This document shows, piece after piece, positions 1 to 9,035 of a stretch of 31,078 bases of DNA. The notes under the pieces are model-generated. The model saw only the letters and a program-made list of their open reading frames with translations. It was not told the DNA's origin and ran no database searches. Every line of letters begins with the position of its first letter. Position 1 is the first letter of the stretch. Location: positions 1-31,078 of the forward strand of contig JAQTNI010000011.1 of NCBI GenBank assembly GCA_028713935.1. Direction: 5' to 3'. The position numbers were made by a program, and so were the translations under genes. The DNA is from Candidatus Iainarchaeum sp. (GTDB lineage Archaea; Iainarchaeota; Iainarchaeia; Iainarchaeales; GCA-2688035).

Positions 1-57
1 CTCGTCGTCAGCAGGGGCCCTTGCATATGAATTTGAAGAATCAATGCCGTATGCCCT

Positions 58-2217
58 TTAATGCATTGTAAGCAGTGTGCTTGGCAGGGTTGTTTTTTTA
101 ACCCTGAACCATGCCCCGAAATAATAAATTCCGCTTTCAGCCTTGCTTATTGAAACATTAATCCACTTTGCATCTCCCTCTGAAAGGTTTTTTGAATCCT
201 CTTCATAGCCAATTGGCGAATTAAAAGTCAATCCTTTTATTATTGCAGAGGGCTTTCCAACAACACCTTCCACTACTGCCATTGGGTCGTTTTCAAACAA
301 TTTTTCATCCCCTGTCCTAAAATGCAATCCGAGTGTTTCAAAAGAAGTATTTTCAGGCACAGTTATTTTGAACACTGCCAAATATTTTTCTCCGGAACTT
401 AACAAGGTTGTTTTTTCATTGCTTTTTGAAAATATTCCTTCGCTTTCAACTTTAAGGGGCCCGCTTATTGCCTTTGGCACCATTGAAGCCTTGAATTCAA
501 ATTCCCTGTCAGGCCATAATTGCTGCGGCAATGCCTGCAGCTTTGCATAATCAGCATGGTTGAATACAACATACACTTTGTTGTCAGCTTTTATTGTGTA
601 ATCCACGCTGCCCTGGGGGAGAGGCACTCTCCCAAGGCTTTTTCCATCAACAGTAAAAATTTCCGCTTCAACTTCGGCTATTGGCTCGCCATCGGAATTT
701 AATGCGCTTAATTTCAGGGTTGCATTGCCAATAACCAATTCAACAACAAAATCAGTTATTCCCCTTGCATCAGGCTCTGCTGCAGAATCCTTGTTGTCTG
801 CAAATGCAACTGGCTCTCTTGTGGCATAAGCATAATATTTCGCCTGTTTCAGGCCGGAAAAAATTGCAATTCCATTGTAATCAGTCATTTTGTAGGGAAT
901 TGCAAGCACCCCGTCTTCCAAAGTGCGCAGGGCAACCTTTGCGCCTTCAACAGTTTTTCCGTCTTCATTTAGCACCTTTACCCTTATTATTCTTGAATTT
1001 TCAGGAGTCAGTTTTTCAAGTTTTATTGTTACATCAGAATCAGTTTCATTCAATTGCAGGCTTTCATAAATATATTCCTCATGCGACACGAGAACAGAAA
1101 ATTCCCCATTTTCTGCAAGCGGAAAAGAAACTATGTTTCCATTGTCATCTGTGCTGTCCTCTGCAATTATGTTTTCATAAGAATCAATCAGTTGCACTGT
1201 TGCATTTGAAATTTTTGCATTGGACTGCTTGTCCAGGACAGTTACTTTTATTGTGCGCTTTATGTTTTTGCTTACTGTTGCATCGGCTTCTTTTGTCTGG
1301 CTTTCCGCAACAACCAATCCGGACAAAAAAGCTATTCCATAATTTCCCGAATCATCCGTTATGCTCGCATTGTAAGTCCCTTCAGGAATTTCAGTAAAAA
1401 TCGCTTCCCCATAGGCCCCAGTGCTTTTTTCATCCACTGGAGAGCCGTCAGGCTTTGTTATTGTTACAGAAAAATCCGTGTCTGTTACAAGGTCTCCAGC
1501 CTGGTTTTTTACTGTTATTCTTAAAGTGCCTTTTGGCAGGTCAATATTCACTGGCTCAAGCAATGCTGTTTTCGGCTCTGAATCTATTTTTATTGTTGCC
1601 TGCTTGAATTCCGCAGGGCCTGTCACTATTGCAGTAAGGGCATCGCATTCCTGGGGCTGCATTATTCTTATTACCCCATCCTTGTCAGAATCAACTGCAT
1701 TGTCAGGCGACATTGCAAAGCCGTTTGCACAGGACAGCCTTATTGCAATCAGTTTTCCTGTTATTCTCGCATTATTTGTGCCCTTGAAAATAATTGTTTT
1801 TTCAACTGCAGCAGAGCTTGCCAGCTGCAAAGAAATTTCTTTTGAAACATTGTCGCTTACAGTGAAGGATTCAGTGTGCTCTTCAAATTCAGTTCCTGAA
1901 ATTGTCTGCGTTGAAATTTCAACAAGCACGCTTGCATTGAGAGGCGCGTCAAAAGAAACCCGCCCATCTGCATCTGTTGTTTTTGAACTTGGAATTTCAT
2001 TGACAGTATAAGTTACTACGACCCCTTCAAGCGCCACTCCTGAAGAATCGGAAATTCTCAAGTCAATTGCCTTCATTTCGGAAGAAGCGCCTTGCAACAA
2101 AAAAAATCCCGCAATGGCAATTATTGCAATTACTGCAACAACAATTCCAATTACGCCTTTTTTGCCGATTTTGTCCTCTAAAGAATAATAAGCATCTTTC
2201 AGGGATTCCAAAGCCAT
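58..2217 (-). CDS. Membrane-anchored surface protein with multiple carboxypeptidase-regulatory-like (prealbumin-fold) repeats
   Basis: 719-aa ORF. It has a hydrophilic N-terminus followed by one TM helix (GVIGIVVAVIAIIAIAGFFLL). Beta-sandwich-type segments recur, e.g. TDADGRVSFDAP, GAYGEAIFTEIPEGTYNASI, TDDNGNIVSFPL and TDYNGIAIFSGLKQAKYYAYA. Confidence 0.7.
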   Translation of the reverse strand: MALESLKDAYYSLEDKIGKKGVIGIVVAVIAIIAIAGFFLLQGASSEMKAIDLRISDSSGVALEGVVVTYTVNEIPSSKTTDADGRVSFDAPLNASVLVEISTQTISGTEFEEHTESFTVSDNVSKEISLQLASSAAVEKTIIFKGTNNARITGKLIAIRLSCANGFAMSPDNAVDSDKDGVIRIMQPQECDALTAIVTGPAEFKQATIKIDSEPKTALLEPVNIDLPKGTLRITVKNQAGDLVTDTDFSVTITKPDGSPVDEKSTGAYGEAIFTEIPEGTYNASITDDSGNYGIAFLSGLVVAESQTKEADATVSKNIKRTIKVTVLDKQSNAKISNATVQLIDSYENIIAEDSTDDNGNIVSFPLAENGEFSVLVSHEEYIYESLQLNETDSDVTIKLEKLTPENSRIIRVKVLNEDGKTVEGAKVALRTLEDGVLAIPYKMTDYNGIAIFSGLKQAKYYAYATREPVAFADNKDSAAEPDARGITDFVVELVIGNATLKLSALNSDGEPIAEVEAEIFTVDGKSLGRVPLPQGSVDYTIKADNKVYVVFNHADYAKLQALPQQLWPDREFEFKASMVPKAISGPLKVESEGIFSKSNEKTTLLSSGEKYLAVFKITVPENTSFETLGLHFRTGDEKLFENDPMAVVEGVVGKPSAIIKGLTFNSPIGYEEDSKNLSEGDAKWINVSISKAESGIYYFGAWFRVKKTTLPSTLLTMH

Positions 2218-2408
2218 TCAACCACAAACCCTAATTCAATTCTTTAATTATCTATTATTATGATTATTATATTGCTTAGTGCTTGCCAAGTAAATTTTTG
2301 CAAATAAATTACTCTTTTTTCCTATATAAACATATCTTGGCAGGCCTTGGCACTAAGAATCAGAAAATTTGGCGGAAATTTGAAATGTAAAAATTAGTAA
2401 TTGTCTTT

Positions 2409-2633
2409 TCAGAAGGGCAATTCCGGTGGCTGGCCTGTTCCCTCTGTATTTCCCGGCATTGGAATTTCGCCTTCAGGGCAGTCTGCCGGGCAATTCTGGA
2501 ATGTTTCTCCTGAATCACAGGCTGCATTGCCGCATGCAGCTGCGTTTTGCTGTGTGCAGCCGCTGAACAAAACAGCCAGTGCAACCAGGCAGAAAAGTGC
2601 AATTATAATTTTGTTTTTCATTCCAATCAACAA
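2409..2633 (-). CDS. Small secreted Cys-rich lipoprotein
   Basis: Signal peptide plus lipobox (MKNKIIIALFCLVALAVLFSGC). The start is probably the internal Met at 2621. The mature part carries CGNAACDSGETFQNCPADC, a module shared with the neighbouring 1044-aa protein. Confidence 0.6.
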   Translation of the reverse strand: MLIGMKNKIIIALFCLVALAVLFSGCTQQNAAACGNAACDSGETFQNCPADCPEGEIPMPGNTEGTGQPPELPF

Positions 2634-2654
2634 TGATTTTTGCCTTATTTAATT

Positions 2655-5600
2655 TTATTGTGCGGGCGGCATTGGCGGTGTTTCCGAAACAGCAACCCAA
2701 TTGCATGTTCCCTGTGAGAATACTGCCATTGCTTCTCCCAGGTTGTTTTCAGAAATTTTTTTGTCCAATGCTTTTTCCCATTTCTGCGCTGCAGAATTAA
2801 ATGTGAATGCGCTTGTGAAGCTGCAGTTTCCCGCTTCGTTAATTGTTTTTCCAGCCATTTCAGGAATTATTCCAATAAAATTCCAGCCTGTTCCAATTGA
2901 TTCAAGGTCCCCGAATGTTGCGGCTTTTCCAATTGTCCCTTTTGCAGTGCAGGTTTTTCCCGCATTGTAAATCCAGTAAGCTTTTCCTATTTTTGGACTT
3001 GAAACAATTTCAAATTTGTTCTGCCTCTTATTATATTCAAAAATCTTGAAATTGCTTGAATCGCAGTCGCTGTTTCCCGAGTTCATTTCGCCTGGCAATG
3101 AAAACAAGTTCCATCCCTTGTTAATCTGAATCACGATTTGCCTGCCAAGCCCTTTTTCTTTTACAACAAACACTGCGGCATTGGAATTCACTTCAAGGAC
3201 AGTTATTGTGTAATCGTTTTTTTCAATGCTCTGGCCTGCCTGCAGGGAATAAACCTCAAATGGCATTGGCGGCATTGATTCTGTTTGAACGCCTTGCTGT
3301 GCGGCAGTGGTTTCCGTTACTGCTGCCTCTATTGCTGCCTGGGAAACTTTTTTTCCAGCGTATTCTTTTGAATACAAATAATTGCTTATGCTGAATTTTA
3401 CTGTGTCATCGCTTAATCCCAAAACCTCTATTTTGATGTTTGCTTCCAAAACATTTGCACTCATGTTTTGGGCAAGTTTGAACGGGTCATTCAAATGCAC
3501 GTTTATTTCGCCCGGGTTTTCCTGCCGGCTTACAATGAACACTGCTGTTCCAGGGGATAATTTTGCGAGATTTATTTTATAGCCATACAATTCAATTGTT
3601 TCTCCCTGCGAAATTTTTATTTCCCTTTCAATGCTTGTTTTTTCATTTTCCAAACCATATTTTTCCTGCCAAACGCTTATCTGCGCAAATTGTTCTCCTT
3701 GGCAAAGTCCTCCGCTTTCACAAACTACCAAAGTAATATTGTTCAATTTCAAAAACAGGCTTGCATCAACAACAAGTGCTGTTTGCTTTGGCTGCAGGGA
3801 AAATTCCCGCCCAAGCCAGGTTTTGACATAATCTTCTTCAATGTCTTTTTTTACAATCAATACAATTCTGCCTGAATCAATTTGCAAGGCATGAATCCTA
3901 TAACCAAAAATTGTCCTTGATTCTCCCTGTCTCAGCCAGATTTCTGTTGCATTTGAAGTGCAACTGCTGTTGCCTGCTTCACAGGGCAATGGCATTGAGA
4001 TAAGCAATCTTGCTGCCTGCCTTGAATCAATTTGGATTGGCGCTTTAACTTCTTCCACTTTTCCTGAGCTTGAAACAGATTGGGCAGTTGTTGAATATGC
4101 CGTAGTGCTTTCCCCGTTTAAAGAGCGTATTGTGGAAGCAACAATATTTCCTGTGGATGTGCCCATGCCTGCACTTGTTGAGCCGATTTGTGTTGGCATT
4201 GCAATTCCCAGCAATTTTATTGACATGCCAGTTTCTTTTACCTGTGCTGTTTGCTCTGAAAGCAATTCGAATTTTTCATCCAGGCTTACAATTTTTACCT
4301 GCTGCCCTGCTTGTTTTGAAACAGTAAAATTTGCTACCAAGTTTTCTTTTGCAGAATTGAATTTTATGGAATAATCGCCAACTGTTTGTGTTCCGCCTTC
4401 GCTGATTGATAATTTGTAAGGGGGCAGATTTGTTTTTAAGTAAGCAATTGTTTCGCTTGGCGGGCAGCCAGTTCCCTGGCAAACAACTGTCTGTTCCAAA
4501 TTAACAAGAGTCAATTCCAATCCCTGTTCTTTCAGGATTGCTGTCTGGCTTGTGTTCAGCCAGAATGCCTCGTCAAGCCTTGCATAAACATTTGTTTCAG
4601 ATTCTTTTTGAACAATCAATGTTGCAATCCACTTGTTTTCTTTATAATAAAGGTTTGAAAGGGTTATTTTGTATTCCCCTACATTTGTGCTTTCACCAAA
4701 CAAAAGCCTGATATTATATTGCCCTGAGCTTGCAGTGCTGATTGAAAACTGGGCATAGCTTCCTCCGCAGGCAACACCCGGCTTTGTTTCCGAATCCTGT
4801 GTTGACGTGTTTTTCTGGCACAACAAGGATATGACATTTTCAAATTTTATTTTCATTACTGTTTCATTGTTTTCCCGGACATTTGCCTGCTGCCCCTCTG
4901 CAAAAGAAAAATTCTCGTTCAAATTGGCATAAATTGTGTCCTGAACACCTGTGCCTGCCACAAAAAACTTTGCACTGTTGGAAACATAATTCGGGGACCT
5001 GTTTGGGTTTTTTGCATTAACCAGTATGCTGAATGTCCCTTCATAATTTGGGATATTTGTTTTTGCCTCATAATAATTTGTTGCCGGGTTGTATGAAAGC
5101 GGAATTGCTTCTGATACCGCTGTGCTTGTTGTGCCTTCTGCCGGAGTATAAATTGCCCCATTGATTGCAGCATATGCGGTTGTGCCTTCTTCAGGCAGGC
5201 TTGGGCTTCCGTCAAAATCAACAATTTTTGCAAAAATCTGCATTTGTTTTAAATTTTTTTCTTCATTCAACGCATATTTTTCCTTGTCAGTCCAGACAGA
5301 ACTGATGTAAAAATTTTTTTGCGCTTCTTTAACACAGGTTCCCATTGCATCCGGATAATTTTCTTTTATCTGGCAGGTTAAACCTGAGCAACAAGAAATT
5401 CCCGCAATTCCGCCGCAATTTTGGTTTTCCTCTGAACAGGCAGTTTTACAGTCCTGCGGGCAATTGTAAATTGATTCTGTATCGGGATTGCATGTGCCAT
5501 CCCCGCATTTTGCAGTGCAGACTCCGCTTATCCCAAGAATTGCCTCTTCTTTTGGCAGAATAAGGCTAAGCCCTGGGCAGCAGGAAGGCGGGTTTGGAAT

Positions 5601-5789
5601 AACAGGGATTGTTTGCCCCTCGCCTATGCAATCAGTGCTGTTTGCATTGCCTGCATTGTTGTCATCCAAATTCTCTGCGGAGGCGCTTGCGCTTATGGCA
5701 ATTATAAAAACAAGTATAACAATCAGGAAAGGCAGTAAAGCCAAAAATCTTTTTTCTTTGTTCTGCATTTTGTTCACCAATAACCCCAT
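2655..5789 (-). CDS. Large secreted/surface protein: Cys-rich N-terminal domain, five tandem ~100-aa repeats, distinct C-terminal domain
   Basis: 1044-aa ORF with an N-terminal signal/TM segment (FLALLPFLIVILVFIIAISASASA). A Cys-rich region spans aa 54-152 and includes CGDGTCNPDTESIYNCPQDC. Repeats span aa ~284-880, and the C-terminal domain begins INKGWNLFSLPG. A TATA-like AAATAAATATAA lies 17-29 nt upstream of ATG 5789. An alternative ATG at 5768 is preceded by GGTGA. Confidence 0.8.
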   Translation of the reverse strand: MGLLVNKMQNKEKRFLALLPFLIVILVFIIAISASASAENLDDNNAGNANSTDCIGEGQTIPVIPNPPSCCPGLSLILPKEEAILGISGVCTAKCGDGTCNPDTESIYNCPQDCKTACSEENQNCGGIAGISCCSGLTCQIKENYPDAMGTCVKEAQKNFYISSVWTDKEKYALNEEKNLKQMQIFAKIVDFDGSPSLPEEGTTAYAAINGAIYTPAEGTTSTAVSEAIPLSYNPATNYYEAKTNIPNYEGTFSILVNAKNPNRSPNYVSNSAKFFVAGTGVQDTIYANLNENFSFAEGQQANVRENNETVMKIKFENVISLLCQKNTSTQDSETKPGVACGGSYAQFSISTASSGQYNIRLLFGESTNVGEYKITLSNLYYKENKWIATLIVQKESETNVYARLDEAFWLNTSQTAILKEQGLELTLVNLEQTVVCQGTGCPPSETIAYLKTNLPPYKLSISEGGTQTVGDYSIKFNSAKENLVANFTVSKQAGQQVKIVSLDEKFELLSEQTAQVKETGMSIKLLGIAMPTQIGSTSAGMGTSTGNIVASTIRSLNGESTTAYSTTAQSVSSSGKVEEVKAPIQIDSRQAARLLISMPLPCEAGNSSCTSNATEIWLRQGESRTIFGYRIHALQIDSGRIVLIVKKDIEEDYVKTWLGREFSLQPKQTALVVDASLFLKLNNITLVVCESGGLCQGEQFAQISVWQEKYGLENEKTSIEREIKISQGETIELYGYKINLAKLSPGTAVFIVSRQENPGEINVHLNDPFKLAQNMSANVLEANIKIEVLGLSDDTVKFSISNYLYSKEYAGKKVSQAAIEAAVTETTAAQQGVQTESMPPMPFEVYSLQAGQSIEKNDYTITVLEVNSNAAVFVVKEKGLGRQIVIQINKGWNLFSLPGEMNSGNSDCDSSNFKIFEYNKRQNKFEIVSSPKIGKAYWIYNAGKTCTAKGTIGKAATFGDLESIGTGWNFIGIIPEMAGKTINEAGNCSFTSAFTFNSAAQKWEKALDKKISENNLGEAMAVFSQGTCNWVAVSETPPMPPAQ
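3150..4940 (-). repeat. Five tandem protein-level repeats (~95-115 aa each) inside the 1044-aa surface protein
   Basis: Each unit opens with an (L/V)-x-(E/D)-x-F-x-(L/F)-xxx-Q-x-A-x-V motif: NLNENFSFAEGQQANV, RLDEAFWLNTSQTAIL, SLDEKFELLSEQTAQV, WLGREFSLQPKQTALV, LNDPFKLAQNMSANV. Each unit closes with a Y-x-I-x-L...V block: GEYKITLSNL..ATLIVQKE, GDYSIKFNSA..ANFTVSKQ, FGYRIHALQI..IVLIVKKD, YGYKINLAKL..AVFIVSRQ, NDYTITVLEV..AVFVVKEK. Confidence 0.75.
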
Positions 5790-5805
5790 ATTATTATTTT
5801 CTTTG

Positions 5806-5818
5806 TTATATTTATTTT
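5806..5818 (-). promoter_or_regulatory. TATA-like box upstream of the 1044-aa surface protein gene
   Basis: The minus strand reads AAATAAATATAA, centred about 24 nt upstream of ATG 5789. This fits an archaeal leaderless or short-leader promoter. Confidence 0.35.
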
Positions 5819-5925
5819 TTTGGCATTAATTTTGCCAAGCATATTTGCAGATAAATAATGTTTTATGCTTTTAAAAAGGCTATTGTTTTTTTCAGGCAGA
5901 AAACTAACGCCCTCAAAAGAAAGAA

Positions 5926-6387
5926 TTAGTCCTTCTTTTTTGGTTTCAGCCTGTTTTTTAGCAGCAAGAACCCGAGCGCAATTATGAAAACTGTGATTAT
6001 CCCATAAACAAGGTATTTTTCAAGCACGAGAATGCAGATGCCTGCAATGCCTGTTATTGCGCATGGTGCGCCAGGAGAACAGGTTCCGAAAACAATCAGG
6101 TTGTAAATGCTGTAAGCGGAATAAGCAAGGCTCACGAAAAAAGCAATTGTAAAAATCCAGGAAAGAATCTTGAAGTTTTTATAAAAAAATTTTGCAAGAA
6201 CAGGAACAACCATAAGCCTTGAAATAACCTTTGCCTTGATTTTTGTTTCAAGCTGGACATCACAGGGCCGAAAAGCAACCATTCTTGTAACGCATCGAAA
6301 AGCCTCTTTTGCCAATGTGCGGTAATTTGCAGACCAGATGCCAAGCACTGCAAAAACAAGCAATGCAACAATACAGAGAACCATCAA
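5926..6387 (-). CDS. Polytopic Cys-containing membrane protein of unknown function, tightly coupled to copA
   Basis: 153-aa ORF with about 4 hydrophobic helices. Cys pairs occur at FRCVTRMVAFRPCD and GTCSPGAPCAITGIAGIC. Its start lies 12 nt after the copA stop on the same strand. Confidence 0.6.
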   Translation of the reverse strand: MMVLCIVALLVFAVLGIWSANYRTLAKEAFRCVTRMVAFRPCDVQLETKIKAKVISRLMVVPVLAKFFYKNFKILSWIFTIAFFVSLAYSAYSIYNLIVFGTCSPGAPCAITGIAGICILVLEKYLVYGIITVFIIALGFLLLKNRLKPKKKD

Positions 6388-6398
6388 AACACCAACAA

Positions 6399-8591
6399 TT
6401 AGAGATTTGATTTTTTAAGCAGCAAGGAATTTGTCACTACTGATACGGAACTCAGAGCCATTGCACCACCAGCAATTATTGGCGACAAAAGAATTCCAAA
6501 AGAAAAATACAACACTCCGGCTGCAATCGGTATTCCTATTACATTGTAAATCAAGGCCCAGAACATGTTTTGTTTTATCTTCCCAATTGTGATTTTGCTC
6601 AGCCTTATTGCCTTTGCAACATCCTGCAGGTTGTTCTGCATCAGCACAATGTTTCCTGTTTCCATTGCAACATCTGTTCCTGAACCCATTGCTATTCCAA
6701 TGTCTGCCTGTGCCAATGCCGGGGAATCATTTATTCCATCGCCAACCATTGCAACTTTTCCTTTTTCCTGGAGTTTTTTTACATAGTTTGCCTTGTCCTG
6801 TGGCAATACTTCTGCAAAAATGTTTTTGATTCCTGCCTGCTGCGCTATTGCTTTTGCAGTCTTCTCATTGTCGCCTGTTATCATATAAACGTCTATTTTT
6901 AGTTTTTGGAGAGCTGAAACTGCCTCTTTTGAAGTGCCCTTTATTGCATCTGCAGCTGCAATCATTCCAAGCGCCTGATTTGCATCTGCAAGAAGCATTA
7001 CTGTTTTTCCCTGTGATTCCATTTCTTCAATCTGCGTTTTTATTTTGGCAATGCTGATTCCCTGTTTTGCAAGCAGTTTGCTGTTCCCGAGAAAATATTT
7101 TTTCCTGTCAAGCTCTGCTTGTATTCCAAAGCCGGGAATTGCCCTGAAATGCCTCGGCTCTTTTAATTTTATTTTTTCCTGTTTTGCCTTCTCGACTATC
7201 GCATCGGCCAGCGGGTGTTCGGATGCTTTCTCAAGGCTTGCTGCAATTTCAAGCACTTTTTTTTCAGTTGCTTTTCCCAAAGGAACAATATCTGTTACTT
7301 CGGGAATTCCTTTTGTTATTGTCCCTGTTTTGTCAAATATTACAAACTTTAGCTTGTGCGCTGTTTCAAGTGCATCTCCGCCTTTGATAAGAATGCCGTG
7401 CTTTGCCCCCATGCCTGTCCCAACCATTATTGAGGTGGGAGTTGCAAGCCCGAGGGCGCAGGGGCAGGCAATGACAAGCACTGCTATGCTTGTGAGAAGG
7501 CTGAATGTTATGCCCATGTTGAAAACAAAAAACCATGCCAAAAAAGTGCCAATTGCAATTAATATTACTGCGGGAACAAAATATCCCGAAATAGTGTCGG
7601 CATAGCGCTGTATCGGGGCCTTTCTTCCCTGTGCATCATCAATAAGCCTGATTATATGGGCAAGAGTCGTGTTTTCCCCGATTTTTGTTGCCTTGAACCT
7701 GAAAGCGCCGTTTTTGTTTATTGTGCCGCCAATAACCCCGCTGCCTGATTTTTTTTCAACAGGAATGCTTTCCCCTGTTATCATGCTTTCATCAATTGAA
7801 GAGTAGCCTTCAACAATAATTCCGTCCACTGCAATTCTTTCGCCTGGCTTTACAACAATAATGTCGCCAAGAGCAATGCTGTCCACAGGCACTTCAATTT
7901 CTTTCCCGTTTTTTATTACAATTGCTGTCTTTGGCGCGAGATTCATTAGCTTTTTTATTGCATCATTGGTCCTGTTTTTTGCAATTGCTTCAAGCCATTT
8001 CCCCAAAATTACAAGTGTTATGAGTATGGCTGATGTTTCAAAATACTGGCCAGCCGCAGGATTGAAAAAAATGTTATAAACGCTCATTGCATACGCCGCA
8101 CTTGTGCCGACAGCTATCAGGGTGTCCATGCTCCCTGCCTTGTTTTTTAAGGCAGACCATGCGCCGAGATAAAATTGTTTTCCCACAATGAACTGCACAG
8201 GCGTTGCAAGCAAAAAAAGAATGAACGCAAGGTAAGGCACTTCTATGCCGAGAGGCATAAGAACCATGCCGAGCAAAAAAGCAGGCAAAGTAAAAGCTAA
8301 ACTCAAAAAAAAAGTATTCCTTATTTTGTGCAGTTCTTCCTGCTGGAATTTATTCTGCCTTTCCGCATCAATTCCTGCCCCTAAAAGAGACGCGCCATAA
8401 CCCGCGCTTTTCACTGCCCGAATGATTTCATTTTCCTGCAGTTTTGTGCCATCAAATTCTATTGTTGCCTTTGAAGTTGAAAAATTAACATTGGCCTCTT
8501 TTACGCCTTCTTTTTTAACCAGGGCCTTGTTGATTATCAAAGCGCAGCTTGCGCAGTGCATTCCGCTTACCTGCAAAGTGACCTTTTTCAT
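6399..8591 (-). CDS. copA: Copper-translocating P1B-type ATPase
   Basis: N-terminal HMA domain GMHCASCA; actuator motif TGES (MITGESIPV); TM CPC motif (ACPCALGLATP); phosphorylation site DKTGT (FDKTGTITKG); SEHPL; hinge GDGINDSPALA. Confidence 0.95.
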   Translation of the reverse strand: MKKVTLQVSGMHCASCALIINKALVKKEGVKEANVNFSTSKATIEFDGTKLQENEIIRAVKSAGYGASLLGAGIDAERQNKFQQEELHKIRNTFFLSLAFTLPAFLLGMVLMPLGIEVPYLAFILFLLATPVQFIVGKQFYLGAWSALKNKAGSMDTLIAVGTSAAYAMSVYNIFFNPAAGQYFETSAILITLVILGKWLEAIAKNRTNDAIKKLMNLAPKTAIVIKNGKEIEVPVDSIALGDIIVVKPGERIAVDGIIVEGYSSIDESMITGESIPVEKKSGSGVIGGTINKNGAFRFKATKIGENTTLAHIIRLIDDAQGRKAPIQRYADTISGYFVPAVILIAIGTFLAWFFVFNMGITFSLLTSIAVLVIACPCALGLATPTSIMVGTGMGAKHGILIKGGDALETAHKLKFVIFDKTGTITKGIPEVTDIVPLGKATEKKVLEIAASLEKASEHPLADAIVEKAKQEKIKLKEPRHFRAIPGFGIQAELDRKKYFLGNSKLLAKQGISIAKIKTQIEEMESQGKTVMLLADANQALGMIAAADAIKGTSKEAVSALQKLKIDVYMITGDNEKTAKAIAQQAGIKNIFAEVLPQDKANYVKKLQEKGKVAMVGDGINDSPALAQADIGIAMGSGTDVAMETGNIVLMQNNLQDVAKAIRLSKITIGKIKQNMFWALIYNVIGIPIAAGVLYFSFGILLSPIIAGGAMALSSVSVVTNSLLLKKSNL

Positions 8592-8624
8592 TTTTTTCCA
8601 CGCCTTTTTTCCAGCAAGCCTAGT

Positions 8625-8948
8625 TCATCCGGCTTTCCTATTTTTAACCTGCCTTATTTTTGCGCATTCCTTGCATTTGCATCCCTTGCTGAAATGATTG
8701 TAGGCATCGCGCAAAATGCACCAGCAGAAATTTTCAGACAAATGAAAAGTTTTTTCCCTTCCGCTCTTATTATAGCCGACAACATCCGCCTGTTCCATCT
8801 GCTTGAGCTGGTGCGAAATTGCAGAAAGGGTCATTTTTTCCCTTCCAACAGAATCATAAACCTGGTTCACTGTTTTTTTCCCTTCTGCCAGCGCAAGAAG
8901 AATTCCAAGCCGCGTAGGGTCCGCGATTGTTGAAAAAAACCTTATCAC
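8625..8948 (-). CDS. ArsR/SmtB-family metalloregulator
   Basis: 107 aa with a GTG start. The wHTH signature reads ADPTRLGILLALAEGKKTVNQVYDSVGREKMTLSAISHQLKQMEQADVV. The tail is Cys-rich (CWC...GCKCKEC). It lies directly upstream of copA on the same strand. Confidence 0.85.
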   Translation of the reverse strand: MIRFFSTIADPTRLGILLALAEGKKTVNQVYDSVGREKMTLSAISHQLKQMEQADVVGYNKSGREKTFHLSENFCWCILRDAYNHFSKGCKCKECAKIRQVKNRKAG

Positions 8949-8992
8949 TTTCTTGTTTGCTTCCCTGCTGTGCCTTGCTATGCAACCACCCT

Positions 8993-9028
8993 AATAGTTG
9001 AATAGTTGCTCAAGTTTTTAAATATATT
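8993..9028 (-). promoter_or_regulatory. Putative arsR-copA promoter: TATA-like box plus tandem 8-mer candidate operator
   Basis: The plus strand carries aatagttg aatagttg at 8993-9008, followed by tttttaaatatatt at 9015-9028. On the minus strand the ATATATTTAAAAA box precedes CAACTATTCAACTATT, so the tandem repeat sits where transcription would start. Confidence 0.35.
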
Positions 9029-9035
9029 CCTTTTT

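Noticed and set aside
1-57. A possible start of another minus-strand gene (ATGCAAGGGCCCCTGCTGACGACGAG...) runs off the left edge.
   Set aside because: Only 8 codons are visible, which is too little to support a call.
765-1397. Long antisense or alternative-frame ORFs lie inside large genes: 765-1397, 1421-2011, 7045-7605, 9454-9999, 14374-15255, 19800-20408 and 22663-23397.
   Set aside because: Each is fully embedded in a gene with strong motif support on the opposite strand. Their translations are Leu/Phe/Cys/Ser-rich with no motifs, as expected for shadow ORFs in AT-rich DNA.
2275-2357. An imperfect inverted repeat (cttagtgcttgccaag ... cttggcaggccttggcactaag) flanks an AT-rich stretch containing cctatataaa, upstream of the first surface-protein gene.
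   Set aside because: The arms are interrupted by a 7-10-nt duplication and the loop is about 45 nt. It could be a regulator site around a TATA box, but the evidence is too weak for a feature call.
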